The position numbers and the translations under genes were made by a program. A stretch of DNA of 64,000 nucleotides from the human T2T-CHM13v2.0 reference genome, Homo sapiens, in NCBI RefSeq assembly GCF_009914755.1, contig NC_060933.1; one strand, written 5' to 3'. Position 1 is the stretch's first letter. Every line of letters starts with the position of its first letter. Under the pieces are notes generated by a model, which searched no databases, had not been told where the DNA came from, and worked only from the letters and a program-made list of their open reading frames with translations. Below are positions 31,846 through 49,243 of this stretch, piece by piece.

Positions 31846-31971
31846 ATTTCTAAGGTATTTTCATAACATAACTGGCAGCACTAAGTAATATTTAATTATC
31901 TAGAGAAGTAATCCTAGGTCCTGAGAACAAAAATTTTAATTATTTCAAATGTAAGGATCTGCAACAGCCTA

Positions 31972-32166
<195 letters not shown>

Positions 32167-32169
32167 TTA

Positions 32170-32536
<367 letters not shown>

Positions 32537-33327
32537 TAAAAAGAGAAAAAAGAAAAAAAATGGAAGAGTGGTTTGTCTTCTCTCTGAAACAAATCAAACA
32601 TTTTTTAAAAAATGAATTTAATAGATGCTTAATGAAACTAGAACCTTGTCATAATTTTGAAACATATTCAAGAAGAACTGCATAGGGCAGCAAAAATGAA
32701 TTGGTCGAGGCAAGGGAGGGATGTGGGGGGATATGCTGTGTATTCACTAGACTTACCCCTCTGCCTGCTTTGCACAAAGTCATACTACATTTCCCAATCT
32801 CCCTTATAGTTAGCTCTGGTATGCTACTGAATTTTGACCCACTGAATACGTTGGGGGATTTCTTACTTCTGGATGAAATGTTTGAAAGAAACTGTGCACC
32901 TTCCTCACTCAGCTTTCCCTATAGCCAGAATGCATAGTCTTGGGAAAGAAGGGGAGAGGTACAAACAGCTCCTTTCAATTTTATACCAGATTACTTGATA
33001 GGGGAGATTTATTTTTCCACCCAAATCTTGGGACCAAAATGTTTGGAAGTCCTAACACTCAAAGGAAAAAATTATTCTGCCAGGGAAACAAAGTTTGGGT
33101 TCTATTACATTACAAGCTGAGACTATCACATGGCCATTCCAGGCTTTTCACACGAGTGACCCAAAAGGCAGTGGGGGAGGTCTCTGTACTGACAAGGAGA
33201 CAGCGAGACACTGGGATGCTCCAGCTCAATAGATGTGAGGACCACTAAGTCTGGTCCCAGGAGGTTGGCTGGGCTCACTCTTAAGACTTTCTGATCCAAT
33301 ATTTCCGGTCAATGAAAAATTGAGATA

Positions 33328-33956
33328 CAAGCCGAGCATCCCTAATCTGAAAACCAGAAATGCTCCAAATTCCAAAATTTTTGAGTTCTGACATGACACA
33401 AGTGGAAAATTCCACACATGACCTCACATGATAGGTCGAAGTCAAAACGCAGGCACACAACACAGTTTATTCAGCATCCCCATGTATTCTGGTGATGCTA
33501 CTGTGCTGCTTAGTAATCCAGAACACGTTATTTTTTTTTTGCTGTGTTGATGGTATGTTATATTTCTTACTCTTTAATACTTATGTGTGAATAACTGTAA
33601 GAAAATGTCTGCTTATTGGTAGCAGTCATTAGTTAGGAATGATGGTAACTGCCAAGGAACCACAGTTTGTCCACATGAGTGGGTAAGACAGTGACACCTT
33701 GGCTTTCTGAAGGTTCAATGTAAGCAAACTGTCTCCTGCACAGCATTATTAAGAATATTGTATAAAATTACCTTCAAGCTATGTGTATAAGGTGTATATG
33801 AAATATAAATGAATTTCATGTTTAGATTCATGTTCAGATTCATGTTCCATCCCCAAGATACCTCATTATGTATATGCAAATATTCCAAATTTGAAAAAAT
33901 ACAAAATTCAGAACACTTCTGGTCCCAAGCCTTTTGAATAAGGGATACTCAACCTG
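33328..33956 (+). mobile_element. Tigger4 (Zombi/MER46)-type DNA transposon derivative
   Basis: TIRs caagccgagcatccctaatc / aataagggatactcaacctg with TA on both flanks. Confidence 0.82.
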
Positions 33957-34800
33957 TAATGCAATAAGAATGAAACAACCAAGGTGTCAGGTCTCATGCA
34001 AATGAAAGTTTGAGTCATCCCAACAGGTCTAGGGCTCAATACAGCTGAAACATGGGCAGAAAATAAAGGGAATGTGGAATGACGCTCTTCAACTCTTAAT
34101 TGCTGTGGCTTTCCACCATTCTTTCCTGCTCTTGGTGCCCCACATATATTGGCCCATGGCAGAAACTTTTAATGCTCACTAAATGTTCATGTGGACGTCC
34201 TCTGCATGGAGTTACCAATACTCTACCCAATCTAACCTTAATATAATGCTACACAGTTAAAATGGATAGCACCTCTTTCAATTTTTTCCTCCATTATTTT
34301 TAGAATGAGTTCAATATATTTCATCAATAAGATAAGAAATATCACATCATCGTTTCAATGGTTGCTGAAAAAACAGCAAAACTTCTAAAAGTATTTATGT
34401 TTTGTGACTCTATCTACTTCTAGGAATTTATGAAATCTGTGGAAATCTATGGAATTTATGAAAATTGTAAACAAAAAAATGTACACACCAAGGTTTTCTC
34501 TGCAATATTATGTGTAACTGTCAAAACTAGAAACAATCTAAGCCTCAACGAATAGACAAATGGTTAAGTAAATTATAAAAATTTCGTAAGAGAATATTAT
34601 TTAGTCACTAGAAGTATACTTGCGAAGAAATATTAATGAAATAGGGGAGATGGTTATGCTAAAATAAGAAAAACAAAACATTATACAGGTAGGGTCTATG
34701 TTAGATAAAACTGTTTCTAAAATCTAACTCTACCTGTTTGTATTTTTTCCTTTTCAATGAGCATGAGCCCATACTACTTTCATAACCAGGTTAAAAAATC

Positions 34801-35070
34801 TTTTTTATTTATTTATTTATTTTTGAGACAGTGTGGTGTGATCTTGGCTCACTGCAACCTCCACCTCCTAGGTTCAAGTGATTCTCAAGCTTCAGCCTCC
34901 TGAGTAGCTGGGATTACAGGTGCACATGACCTAACCCAGCTAATTTTTGTATTAGAGATGGAGTTTCGCTATGTTGGCCAGGCTGGTCTGGAACTCCTGA
35001 CCTCAAGTGATCCACCCACCTCAGCCTCCTGAAGTGCTGAGATTACAGGCAAGAGCCACTGCACCCAGCC
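34801..35070 (-). mobile_element. AluS with short 3' internal deletion
   Basis: Reverse Alu; TSD aaaaaatctttttt on both sides. Confidence 0.92.
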
Positions 35071-36479
35071 AAAAAATCTTTTTTTAACAAAAGGGTCCTA
35101 TTCTTATGTGACTTTTCTCTCAGGCTTCCATCCTTGCCTCATAGAGCATCATCAAGTAAGAGAAATGACTTCTGAATTTGCAAAATAATAGTCCTTATCT
35201 GTCAATTTGTAAGTTGAGGCTTTCTAAAAGTCTTAAGAGAATGTGAAAATTTGATTTTTGAAAAGTCTAATCCTTCCAATCAAGATCTGGCAATAATATG
35301 GTCGTGATCTAGGACTCAGCAGAGAGCAACCGAGCTGAGGCCTGGATTTTTTTCCACAGATTATATTTCCCCTGGCTCCCCTGACTTAAAAAACAGAACA
35401 CAGACATTCACCAGTTCCTTTCTTTACACCCTGAAAAGCACTAAAGAGACTATTAGTAGCAAGCCTCTGCAAAAGAACCTAAAGGGTTTGCAATTTGCTA
35501 TCTTCATATGTAATTCCAACTATTTTTGAAACAAGTAACAAGAGGAATCATAGTCCTTCATGAGAAAACAATGCAAGGTAATAAGCGAAGCCCTCAGAAC
35601 CAATTGTATTGTATTACTCTTAAAAGTAACAAAATACCAGACTCTTCCATGCAATAAGATGCTCAGTGGTTAAATCAGAAAGATAAATCATTATCCTGTG
35701 TGGAATGATGAAAGCAGCCCGGGGCTGAGGCATGGGGGTGGCAGGGAAGGCAGATAAAAAGACTACTGTATTTCCCTAAACTCTTATCAAGTGATCTATG
35801 TTTTCCTGGATCATGTAGCAAACATGCCTTAAAGAATGCATTTACTTCTATGGTGCCCTTTTAGAAGACACCTCAATGGTCTTACTTTCCTTCTCTGCCT
35901 TCAGAGTAAATCTGAGGTTGGGTCTTGCTGTGTTTCCAATGTAGAGGCTAAGTGAGTGCTGAGGCCAAGTGATTCACTCAATTATCAGGAACAGGGTTTA
36001 GCTAGAATCCCTTTTCAGTTCCTATTACCGCTTGAGTTCCTAATTTTTAGGTTAATTTCTCCCATCGTGAGGATTTTCTGCACCAAACCAAGGACTTGCC
36101 AGTTTATGGATCCCTGTTTCACAGGACTCATCCCTTCCATGCAAAACAAAATGGATCCCGATCATATTAGAACTGCAATGCATTCTGCTTCTCTATGAAA
36201 AAATTATCACACTCATGTATTTTTCCTGCAAAGTATAGTTTAGTTTTGTGTTTTGAAGACGTATTAGAACCATGATGAAGTAGCAATCAAAAGAAATCTT
36301 AAATGAAGCAGATAATTTTGAAATTGCTTTACTATGTTCAGTGCTGACATCATATGTGACATAAACTAGGTGCTTAATCTATATTTGAGAGTGGATGCAC
36401 AAAGAGGATCTTGGTTTTCATCTATCGTAAACGTCAATATGATTTTGCCCATTGAGGCAAGAAACTATTACTGGACATC

Positions 36480-37020
36480 TGAGAGACTGAATACACAAAC
36501 AGATGATGGTCAGACTACATATAAAAATAGAACTCTTATCCACAATCCCAGCAACCAGTTCAAGAAGCCAACTGATTATTTACAGTAACCAGCCCAAGAA
36601 GCCAGCCAGTAGGTACATCTATAAGTAGAATTTGTAGGAATTCAGATCACTATCTCTTGCAACCAGCCCAGGAAGCCACATAATAACCCCTATAACAATT
36701 GAATCCAAGTGATCAGGACTTAATTAATAATTGACAGCTTCTTTTATTTTTGTCGCTACTTCCAACTTAGGACCACATGGAGAAAGCCAAATATATATCA
36801 TCTATTGTAAATCCCATAAGCAATCCCATAGGATGCTCCACTTCTAGTTAGCCGGCCTCCAAGTTCCCATGCCAACAGCCTGCAATCAGGGCACACCTGA
36901 AGCCTTCCCTTGTTTCCACTGATGCTTTTCCACTCCTCTACCCACCTTTGAGTCTGGGCCAAAATGCAGGTGATGGTGGCTGATTCCCTTGTTACACCAA
37001 GATCTGAACAAAGCAGATCA
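36480..37020 (+). mobile_element. Old ERV LTR-like element (family uncertain)
   Basis: Repeated aaccagccca(g/a)gaagcc motifs and LTR-like body. Confidence 0.45.
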
Positions 37021-37044
37021 ACAACAAGTCAAATACAACCTCTA

Positions 37045-37222
37045 AAGGTTCATGAGGAACTTGAGCAACACATCAGCATTACCTGAAGACTTGTCAGAGA
37101 TGCAAATCTCAGGCCCGACCCCTGACTTACTGAATCAGAAACTCTGAATGTAGGTCCCAGGAATCTGTTTCAACAAGCCCTCCTCCCTACGATGCCAGTG
37201 CTAAAGTTTGGGAACCACGGCA
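37045..37222. mobile_element. MER5A
   Basis: catcagcattacctg...actgaatcagaaactctg...aaagtttgggaaccac. Confidence 0.75.
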
Positions 37223-38141
37223 ATATAATCAGATCTGAATTACCTTATGTTCCAAAGGCATTACCCTTTGGGGCATCAGAAGATTCCTTCCCCTTGAGAA
37301 CATCCTACCAATCTGTTATTCCCCTGGTTACTGCTACCTAGCGCCAGACAAACCCCATCTGAACAGTAGGGAGGGCACATGGCTTCCTCTGGGATCTATG
37401 CCTTTTGCATAACACAACAACCCCCTTTGAAACATACTGCATGCATTTCCTTTCTGTCTTTTTCTTTGCCACCTGGTATTATGATCTGTTAGAAGACAAA
37501 CACACTGATTTTGGCTGTGCCTAGTTACTAACTGTTCCTAAGAACCAGCCAAATTATTCTTATGACATGGCTTCCTCCCTACTGAACATCGCTTTATATT
37601 TTTAGAGATTTTTGAGTGTTGTTCTAGCATGTGGGAATGGATGTCCTCTAAGCTGAAATCTTATTTTATAGAAACTAGAAAAAGCTGAGTGCAGATTCAT
37701 AATAGCAGTTTCCAATATTTATGGACTTTTCTCCAGCCTCAAATGTATTAGTTACCAGTATCTGGGTTAAGAATTATTGTATAAAAGTCTTTGCCCTGTA
37801 ATACGGTAGCCTAAAAAGATGAAGAAGATGATTTCACCTTCAAGCTTCATTTTGTAAAAAAGAATACAAAATTGGGTAAAGATGTGAGGGAAATCAGAAG
37901 TCATAACGAAATACAAATTTTTAAACACTGGCAAAAAAAATCATGAACATCATAAAATACAGGGGAATATCATGTAAAAATAAATAAAAATTAAAATCCT
38001 GACACATCTTAATAAGATTTTCCTTCCTACATTGTTGGCTGCATACTTTTTGACCATCTCTTCATATGATAAAGATTTCATAATATACAACATAAGAGTA
38101 AATATCTTTAATCTAGCCTGGTTGATTAAATTTTTAAGTCA

Positions 38142-38515
<374 letters not shown>

Positions 38516-38938
38516 TCAGATTTGGCAAAACTTCTATCAAATTTCCCTCACACGTAAGTTTTACCATTTGGAGGAGTTTTCCAGAGACTGGCTTCAGGCT
38601 CCATAGCTTTCAGACGATGCCTCTCCCCTGCCTCTCACACAGTTAGGGTACCAGCTATCATATGCATGTTCATCCCTCAGTGAGATGCTTGGGTCTGCCC
38701 TTTCATGTCTCTTAAGTCTCTATGCCAGGGGAGTAGGTGGGGGAAGTGTTCCTGGGAGCCATTTCTCCAAGAAGACAGCCAGCCATAACTGAACAGTAGC
38801 CAGGCACAAACAGAGTGCAAACCAAGTAAGCATGTTCCACTAAATCCAAATTAGATGTGTCCCCAACTCAGCTTTCCTTTAGATGGTTCCCCAAAATGTC
38901 CACAGCCTCTCGAAGTCCAACCATATTAGGGCAGACGT

Positions 38939-39277
38939 TGAGACAGCTGAGTATAAAGGGATCACCGGAGAACATCCAACCAGCCTGGGCACTGGGAAGA
39001 ATGTACACTGGGGTGGAGCCTCAGGAAGTTGGTGCCATTTGCAGGAGAGAGGAGCCTGGCCTCTCCTATTCCAGGTGGTACCTGGGAGTCAATCTGTGAG
39101 GCAGGAAGTCTACTAGCAGGACTCTCGCTTTGCTGAAAGTCACTGTTTCCCTTTTTTTCCTTTTCACCCAATAAACCCTGCTCTTCTCACCCTTCAAAGG
39201 GTCTGTGAGGCTAATCTTTCATGGTTGTGTGACAAGGACCCTGTTTTTAGCTGAACTAAGGAGAAAGTCCTACAACA
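38939..39277 (+). mobile_element. Solo MER61-like ERV1 LTR
   Basis: tgagacagc...aataaa...gctgaactaaggagaaagtcctacaaca; TSD acgt/atgt. Confidence 0.75.
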
Positions 39278-40165
39278 ATGTAACAGAGAATAATTGTGTG
39301 TAGAGAGGCTAGGATATCTGGCATTTGTACATTTTACAATGCATGATCGTGTGAACACACTGCTACGACCCCGTGCAAGCAAGGGGCCCTGAAGCCAAGC
39401 TTCCTTAGAAAATCCACCTCTGGTCAAGCATGAGAACCATGTTTGAGTCCTGATGTGCCCTGGCAGGTGAAGGCAGGTTCTGTGTCTTTAACTGACAAGG
39501 GAGGAAAGGGGGTGACCAGAGGCGACAGAAGGAGATGATGCAGAGAAGGTGATGAGAAAAGCTAGTGGCCTGAAGCTAGTGTATGAAATAGGAGAAAAAG
39601 TACATTGAAGAATATGAGCATTTTTACAAAGGCAAATTGCGCTCTCCCGCGCTAGTCTGCGACAAAGAGTGCGTGTGTTAGCCAAGCAAATTTGTCATCA
39701 ATGATTAACTTCTGGAAGAACAAATTATTTGACCTCTCCAGCTGAACAAACACAGAACTGCAGCGACTAAAACAGCCAAAGGCAATGCTTCAGCAAAACT
39801 GAACACATTTTCATAAAAGTCCTGTCATTTTATGTCACAAGAGCCTTAGGGAAGCTTAGGTAATGGTGCCTCTTTAGCTAAAGAAAGAGATTTCCCTCGG
39901 CCTGGGTTGTGGCTGCAGTAAATGAATGATACAGAGAATGGCTTTAGATCTTGAGGTTGATTTTGCTACAGCTTTGAAAATGCCTAGGGCTTCTGAAAAG
40001 GAGAGTTTGATTTATGAAAAATATGTTTCTGGGATATTAACAAAGAAAATGAAGGTAGTAAAATGGTGCAAGGAGCCAGTGACATGCAAGGCAGTCATGT
40101 GGAAGTTTCAAGTGACTCTGTGCTTCTAGTCCTCAGCCACCAAAAAATTACTCAAAATAGCTTTT

Positions 40166-40470
40166 AATTTCTTTCCTTTTTTCATTTTTGAGACAGAGTC
40201 TTGCTTTATCACCCAGGCTGCAGTGCACTGGCACAATCTCGGCTCACTGCAATCTCTGCCTTCTGGGTTCAAGTGATTCTCCTGCCTCAGCCTCCTGAGT
40301 AGCTGGGATTACAGGCGTGCGCCACCACACCCAGCTAATTTTTGTACTTTTAGTAGAGACGGGGTTTCACCCTGTTGGCCAGGATGGTCTTGAACTCTTA
40401 ACCTCAAGTGATCCACCCACCTCGGACTCCCACAGTGCTGGGATTACAGGCATGAGCCACCGCACCAGGC
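40166..40470 (-). mobile_element. AluS
   Basis: Reverse dimer flanked by ctcaaaatag. Confidence 0.93.
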
Positions 40471-40480
40471 CTCAAAATAG

Positions 40481-40786
40481 TTTTTTTTTTGTTTTTGTTT
40501 TTTTTTTGAGACAGTCTTGCTCTGTCGCCCAGGCGGGAGCACAGTGGTGCCATCTCGGCTCACTGCAAGCTCCGCCTCCCGGGTTCACGCCATTCTCCTG
40601 CCTCAGCCTCCCTAGCAGCCGGGACTACAGGCACCCGCCACCACGCCCGGCTAATTTTTTTGTGTTTTCAGTAGAGACGGGGTTTCACCGTGTTAGCCAG
40701 GATGGTCTCGATCTCCTGACCTCGTGATCTGCCCGCCTTAGCCTCCCAAAGTGCTGGGATTACAGGCATGAGCCACGGCGCCCAGC
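40481..40786 (-). mobile_element. AluY
   Basis: AluY diagnostics; flanked by ctcaaaatag. Confidence 0.95.
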
Positions 40787-41451
40787 CTCAAAATAGCCTT
40801 TAGCTAGAAAAGTTTATTGAGATACAGAATGCAAATGTGCAACCGTATTAATTCTCAGTTTCCTCCTTCTGTGCAGCTTTCTATCAGCAAGTAGATGTGT
40901 AAATAAGGAGTAAATATCCCTATCCCCAGGGAATTCTTGTTTCATTCAGATGTAGCTTAGCAAGGACTTCAACAAATAAAATGCAAATGAGAATGGAGAA
41001 AATGAATTAGAAACAAAGATCAGAATTCCTTTTTCATTAACTCCTTAAAAACCATTATTCCCCAAAAGAAAACTTCAAGAAATGGTAACACACTAAAATT
41101 AAAATGGAGTTCACTGCTTGTTTTCTCTGCCATGACCTTACTAAACTAAAATTAATGATCTGGTCATCCCGGAGGCTATGTCTTTAAGGGCATTTTCCCC
41201 TATAAAGTAGGAGGTCAGAATTCTGTTCTGAATCCTATACCCGAATTGTGGCTATTAAAAAACCAAAGTGTTCTCTCTTTAGGCCCTCAGAAGCAAGCAC
41301 ATATTAAACAACATGACAACAGCCCTGACGGATTGTTGTTCTCTTTAGAAGAGGTGTTGAATACATGCTGGTTCTTGTAATTTGCAAAAGAATAGCTTTA
41401 AAAAAATTATAGCCATATGCATACATGGTCAGGGTCACCTACATTAGCTTC

Positions 41452-41642
<191 letters not shown>

Positions 41643-42031
41643 TAAATATTTTTAAAGTTTAAAAGAAAAGTGTGCACATCACTGAATACTTGGAAAAGAA
41701 AGAAAAACAGAAGCAAAAGAAAATCACCAATATATCTCTCATCCAGATACAACCACTGCCAACCTACAGGTTTATCTTCTTCCAGTATGTTTGCCGATCA
41801 TGTTTTTTACATATCAATGTAAATACATGGAGTACTCAAAATTTTATATGTTGAATCTGTCTTTTCCTGATTGAAAAAAATCATTCTAGTTTATTGTGGA
41901 TCATTTGAATAATATAGAAAAGTATACATTTAAGATACCACTATCCACAGACAACTTTTTAAATATGTTAGTATAATTTTCACTTTTTTTTTTTTTTTTT
42001 TTTTTTTTACCTAAATAAGTAAATATGTTTG

Positions 42032-42557
42032 TGAAGCAGCTACATTGTGTGGGGTAAACACCCAGGGTTCATTTTCTTGAGCCAGGAAAATTTAGGACAT
42101 GGACATACAGGAGAAGTTTAGGAGAGGAGGTTTGATAGGCAGAAGAAAGAGAAAGGAAAACAGCTCTCTCTGTAGTGAGAGAGAGGGGACTTCCAAGAGG
42201 AAAGGACCAGACGATGTCAGATGCCCCGGATTTTGTAGTTCCATCAGGTATGACGTTTACATAGCCCGGGGAAGGCTGGTTCCCCACCCTAATCTTATTA
42301 TGCAAATGAACTCTCCCCTTGGCGGCACCATCTCCTTATGATACGTGTGGCTGACAAAGAGAAGGGAAGATGGAGCTGCCATCTTGAACATGATTGGTAC
42401 AACTGCCGGCATCTATGTCTGCAGCCCAATTTTACTGGCTGCTCTTACTTAGAAAGGAAAATGATTTGGGGCTGCTTTTCATTAAAAGAAAAACCTTACC
42501 AAGAACTCCTCTATCCTCACTATCTGCCTAAGTAATTTCTTCTTAACTCCTGTATCA
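42032..42557 (-). mobile_element. Solo ERV1 LTR (LTR9/MER61 group, subfamily uncertain)
   Basis: TG...CA ends; minus strand starts tgatacaggagttaagaagaaattacttaggcagatagtgagg. Confidence 0.7.
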
Positions 42558-42585
42558 CCTGCATTGTTGCTTAAAAGAATGTTTA

Positions 42586-42887
42586 GGCCAGGCCTGAGGG
42601 CTCATGCTTGTAATCCCAACACTTTGGGAAGCCAAAGTGGGAAGACCACTTGAGGCCAGGAGTTCAAGGCCAGCCTGGGCAACACAGAGAGACCCCATTT
42701 CTACAAAAGATTAAAAAATTAGCCAGTCGTGGTGGCACATGCCTGTAATCCCAGCTACTCAGGAGGCTGAGGCAGGAGCATCACTTAAGCCCAGGAAGTC
42801 AAGGTTGCACTGAGATGTGGTCACAATCACGTCACTGCACTCCAGCCCCAGCAACAGAGCAAGACCCCATCTCATTAAAAAAAAAAT
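42586..42887 (+). mobile_element. AluJ-like
   Basis: Full dimer. Confidence 0.9.
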
Positions 42888-42959
42888 TATTTTAACAAGG
42901 AAATATAAGTAATAATATGTGAAGTGGACACTTTCCTTCCCCATTAATGTCTGCTACTC

Positions 42960-44700
<1,741 letters not shown>

Positions 44701-44746
44701 CTTTCTTATTTTGTAATAGATAAATTTTCCTTCAAGAACTCCTTTG

Positions 44747-45040
<294 letters not shown>

Positions 45041-45621
45041 GAACTCATTTGGCCACATCGCACATGGCTTACACCCTAGAGACCCCAATGCTTGATGCCT
45101 CCATGCCTTTATCTCTCCTTTCCCCAACAAGGCGCTCCTTACATCCGCTCCCATTCTTCAGCACCCAGACGTCCTGCCCCACCTGGATTGTGCAGTTAGT
45201 TCACTACCAAGAAAACGCTGATATTCTGAAGATTGATCACATTGGGCTATCCTGAGTACCCAGAAGTCATTTTCCTTAGGCCACAAGGAAGGACTTTGCA
45301 AACTCTCTGTGTTTCCTGCAGGGTTGCCTCATGCTGTTAGTGTCTTGTGATAGGAATTATTGAGATTCCTTCTGACTCCATCCTGAGAAAAGCTGGATCA
45401 TTGTATATTTTTTTAAACGGGTCATCCGTAAGAAACAAGCCCTCCTCTCACTAATATTGACCATCTCTTCTACGTATTGTTAGTGCATCATTATGCCGTG
45501 AGGAGACACACATCCATGCTTTTAAGGCAATCAAAAATTAGATGAATTTCCTAATTTGCTTTAGAGAGAATTTTCTGAATCCTGGTTGAGTTTCCCCTCT
45601 CCTTAACAGTATTATTTACCA

Positions 45622-45921
45622 GGCCAGGAGCAGCAAATCATGCCTGTAATCCCAGTAGTATAATAACCAGGGAGGTCAAGGCAGGAGGATCACTGGAGCC
45701 CGGGAGTTCAAGACCAACCTAGGCAACATAGTTAGACCTTGTCTCTATAAAAAAAATTTAAAAATTAGCTGGATGTGGTGGCACATGCTTGTAGTCCCAG
45801 CCAGCTACTTGGGAGGCTGAGGTGGGAGGATCACTTGGGGTCCTGGAAACTGAGGCTGCAGTGAACCATGATGTGCCACTGCACTCCAGCCTGGGTGATG
45901 AAGCAAGACCTTGTCAAAAAA
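45622..45921 (+). mobile_element. AluJ-like
   Basis: Diverged dimer whose tail continues into a GGAA tract. Confidence 0.88.
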
Positions 45922-45937
45922 GAAAGAGAGAGAGAGA

Positions 45938-46101
45938 GGAAGGAAGGAGGGAGGGAAGGAAGGAAGGAAGGAAGGAAGGAAGGAAGGAAGGAGGGAAGGA
46001 AGGAGGGAAGGAAGGAAGGAAGGAAGGAAGGAAGGAAGGAGGGAGGGAGGGAAGGAAGGAAGGAAGGAAGGAAGGAAGGAAGGAAGGAAGGAAGGAAGGA
46101 A
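45938..46101. repeat. (GGAA)n microsatellite with GGAG interruptions
   Basis: Direct inspection, ~165 bp pure purine. Confidence 0.97.
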
Positions 46102-46441
46102 TGAGAGAGAGAGAGGGAGAGAGAGAGTATTCATTTACGCCTTTCTCCTCAATACAGTGAAACACAGTTCTATCCCGAACTAAAATCTCATGATCCATGT
46201 TAAGGCTGAAAATCTGATGACATATATATATTAAGGTCTACATGAGGAGGAATTTTCCCGGCCTTGGGGAAGTAGAAGCTGGACCTACAATGCATCCCAG
46301 ATTGGAGTCTTACTAGCCTCCCTCTGCCCTGGATCATTATTTGTCCTCCATCAGCACCTTGAGGATACCCTGGGGCTGGATGGATTCTTTCTTTTTACCC
46401 TAGTTTTTCAATGTGTAAAATGTAACTGTGATGCTCATTAA

Positions 46442-46774
<333 letters not shown>

Positions 46775-47698
46775 TAAAGAGTAAAAACATGATTCTCATA
46801 TAAAATGAATTCACCAATTTTATTCAGCTCATTAACTAATGAGGAAACCAGTGAGATGTTGCAAGCAGTCCAAAGGAGAAACCAAAGAGCAGACACAAGT
46901 GTAAGTCCCAAGAAACGATCAAATGAAATTGTTTACTAGATGCAAAATTTGTTTTTCCATGAGGGTGTGAGAGAGTCAATTGCCTCTCCACAAGACAAAA
47001 TGTATTTGCATGCCTATGGACAAGAATCATTTGCATTGCTATCAGTTGTCTACAATTACAGAGTTGTAAAATAGCTCAAAAACAATGAAGGTATAGAGAT
47101 AATCTGGAAAAGTATGCTGGACAAGACATCCAGTAATCTGCTTTGCCTATTTCAAAGGCATTTTCAGTTTTCCCACATACATATTTAACAGCTTCAGTTC
47201 CAGCTTTACTTTGAAACTGGCACGGGTCCCCTTCCCATGTTCTGATAGTTTGTGACTACTCAGAATTCTCAAACAAGACATATTCTGGACTCCTGACAGC
47301 TCAGGTATCAGGGCCCTCTGCTGTATCAAGTTTCCATGGACACCAACTGAGGAGCCACAGGAGTTTTTCCTCCGATTAGATTTAAACTGCATCAGTCTTT
47401 CTTCTTCTACCTTTTAAACACAAACAGAAGTCACTGGGTATCCAGAAATCCTCCAAATATCAAGAAATAAGACTGTTTCACTATTTGTAATGGCTGTGTA
47501 TAGATCAGGGCACACATTTCTGCCTCCACTACGTTTTTGATTCCATTTCATCTAATAAATGTATTCCCCTTTGGCAGCACTAGGAATAACTGCAGGCTTT
47601 TAAAATCCCTCCAAGTAAAATAATTCCAGTACTAACTAACAAAATCTCTTCTCACCTACACATGGATTCAAATTAAATTCAGAGAGATTAAGAAACTT

Positions 47699-48020
<322 letters not shown>

Positions 48021-48189
48021 TCAAAGTCCCACAACGATTATAATAAGTAACCAAACCATGCTCTGATGCAAGCAAAGTTAATCTGACTCCTCACTCTGAG
48101 TGCCTTCCATCACACCATGCTGCTCCTCTATGATCCAGATATTTGTTCCACCTTCTGCAAATATTCACTCAGTGCCTACCATCCATAGG

Positions 48190-49025
48190 CATTTTATGGG
48201 CATCACCATTCATCTGGTCACCTAAGATAGAAACTTTTGTATTAGCCTAACTCCATCATCTGCTCCATCATGCACATTCAATTGAATGATCAGTTCTATA
48301 CATTTTATCTTGATGTGTTTCTCCACTTCATCCCCTCCACTTTGTACCCTACACTGTTGGCTTATTCATCTCTCACCTGGAATAACACAGTCTTGTTCTC
48401 TGGCCTACTCAATTCCAGCTTATTCCCACTTCTCTTTCCTACCCATGTATCCTTCTTACCATCAAAAAGTAATACTGCAGATCTCCACATGTCTCTCCCT
48501 TGCTTAACAAACCTCAGTGGCTCCCCATTTCCTGCACCATAAGGTGCAGTCTCCTTAGCATGGCCCATAAAAACTTGAAAAGCATACAAGCCCATCTTTC
48601 TGGTCACTTTACATCCTGGCCACTTACGAACCTGTGAGCTACCCACAACTTATTAGTGCCTGTATCCTTAGCACCCTGTCACTCTTGTGCCTCTGTGCCT
48701 TGGTTCATGCTGTTCTTTTAAATTGTGGTGCTCTTCCCCAGCTCCCAGGTCAGATAGATATCTCTTATCTGACACATTCACTGATATCACCGCCACTATT
48801 CCTCCTCCATGGGGGAAAGTAACTCTCTCAATCAGAGTGCGCATACTTCTATTCTGGCATATGCACACTCACATTCTACAATAGTGTTTTTATATTTCTA
48901 TCCCTCACTAGACTGTAGTCTCTTCAGTGGCAGGGGTCACTCTAGGTACCTTAGAATTTGCGGCACATACGCAGCACAGAGCCCAGCATGAGGAGGTGCT
49001 AAATGTGTGGCTGAATATTTGAATT
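48190..49025 (+). mobile_element. L2 3' portion
   Basis: tctcacctgga, cagtggctccccatt, cactagactgt...ggcagggg, gcacagagcccagc...tgaat end. Confidence 0.7.
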
Positions 49026-49243
49026 AGTAAAGGAAAGAATCTCAGACTTATATCCCACTCAGGGTGCTTTCACTACATCTTGATCACTTCAAGACAGAAA
49101 AAAACAACAAAAGCAAACAAGCAAAAAAAAAAAAAGAAAAAAAGCAAGAAAAAAGCTAGCAAAAGCAATCAGAGAGGGAATCCTATATACACCCCACCTT
49201 CTTCCTAAACCCCTGTGGCTAGGAAACAATTGCCACACTGGGA

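Noticed and set aside
45805-46198. ORFs with EGRK / LPSF repeats
   Set aside because: Translations of the GGAA microsatellite.
46790-47120. Possible old LTR fragment
   Set aside because: Looks repeat-like but I cannot assign family or termini with confidence.
49090-49170. Orphan A-rich tract as a retro-insertion
   Set aside because: No TSD or element body found.
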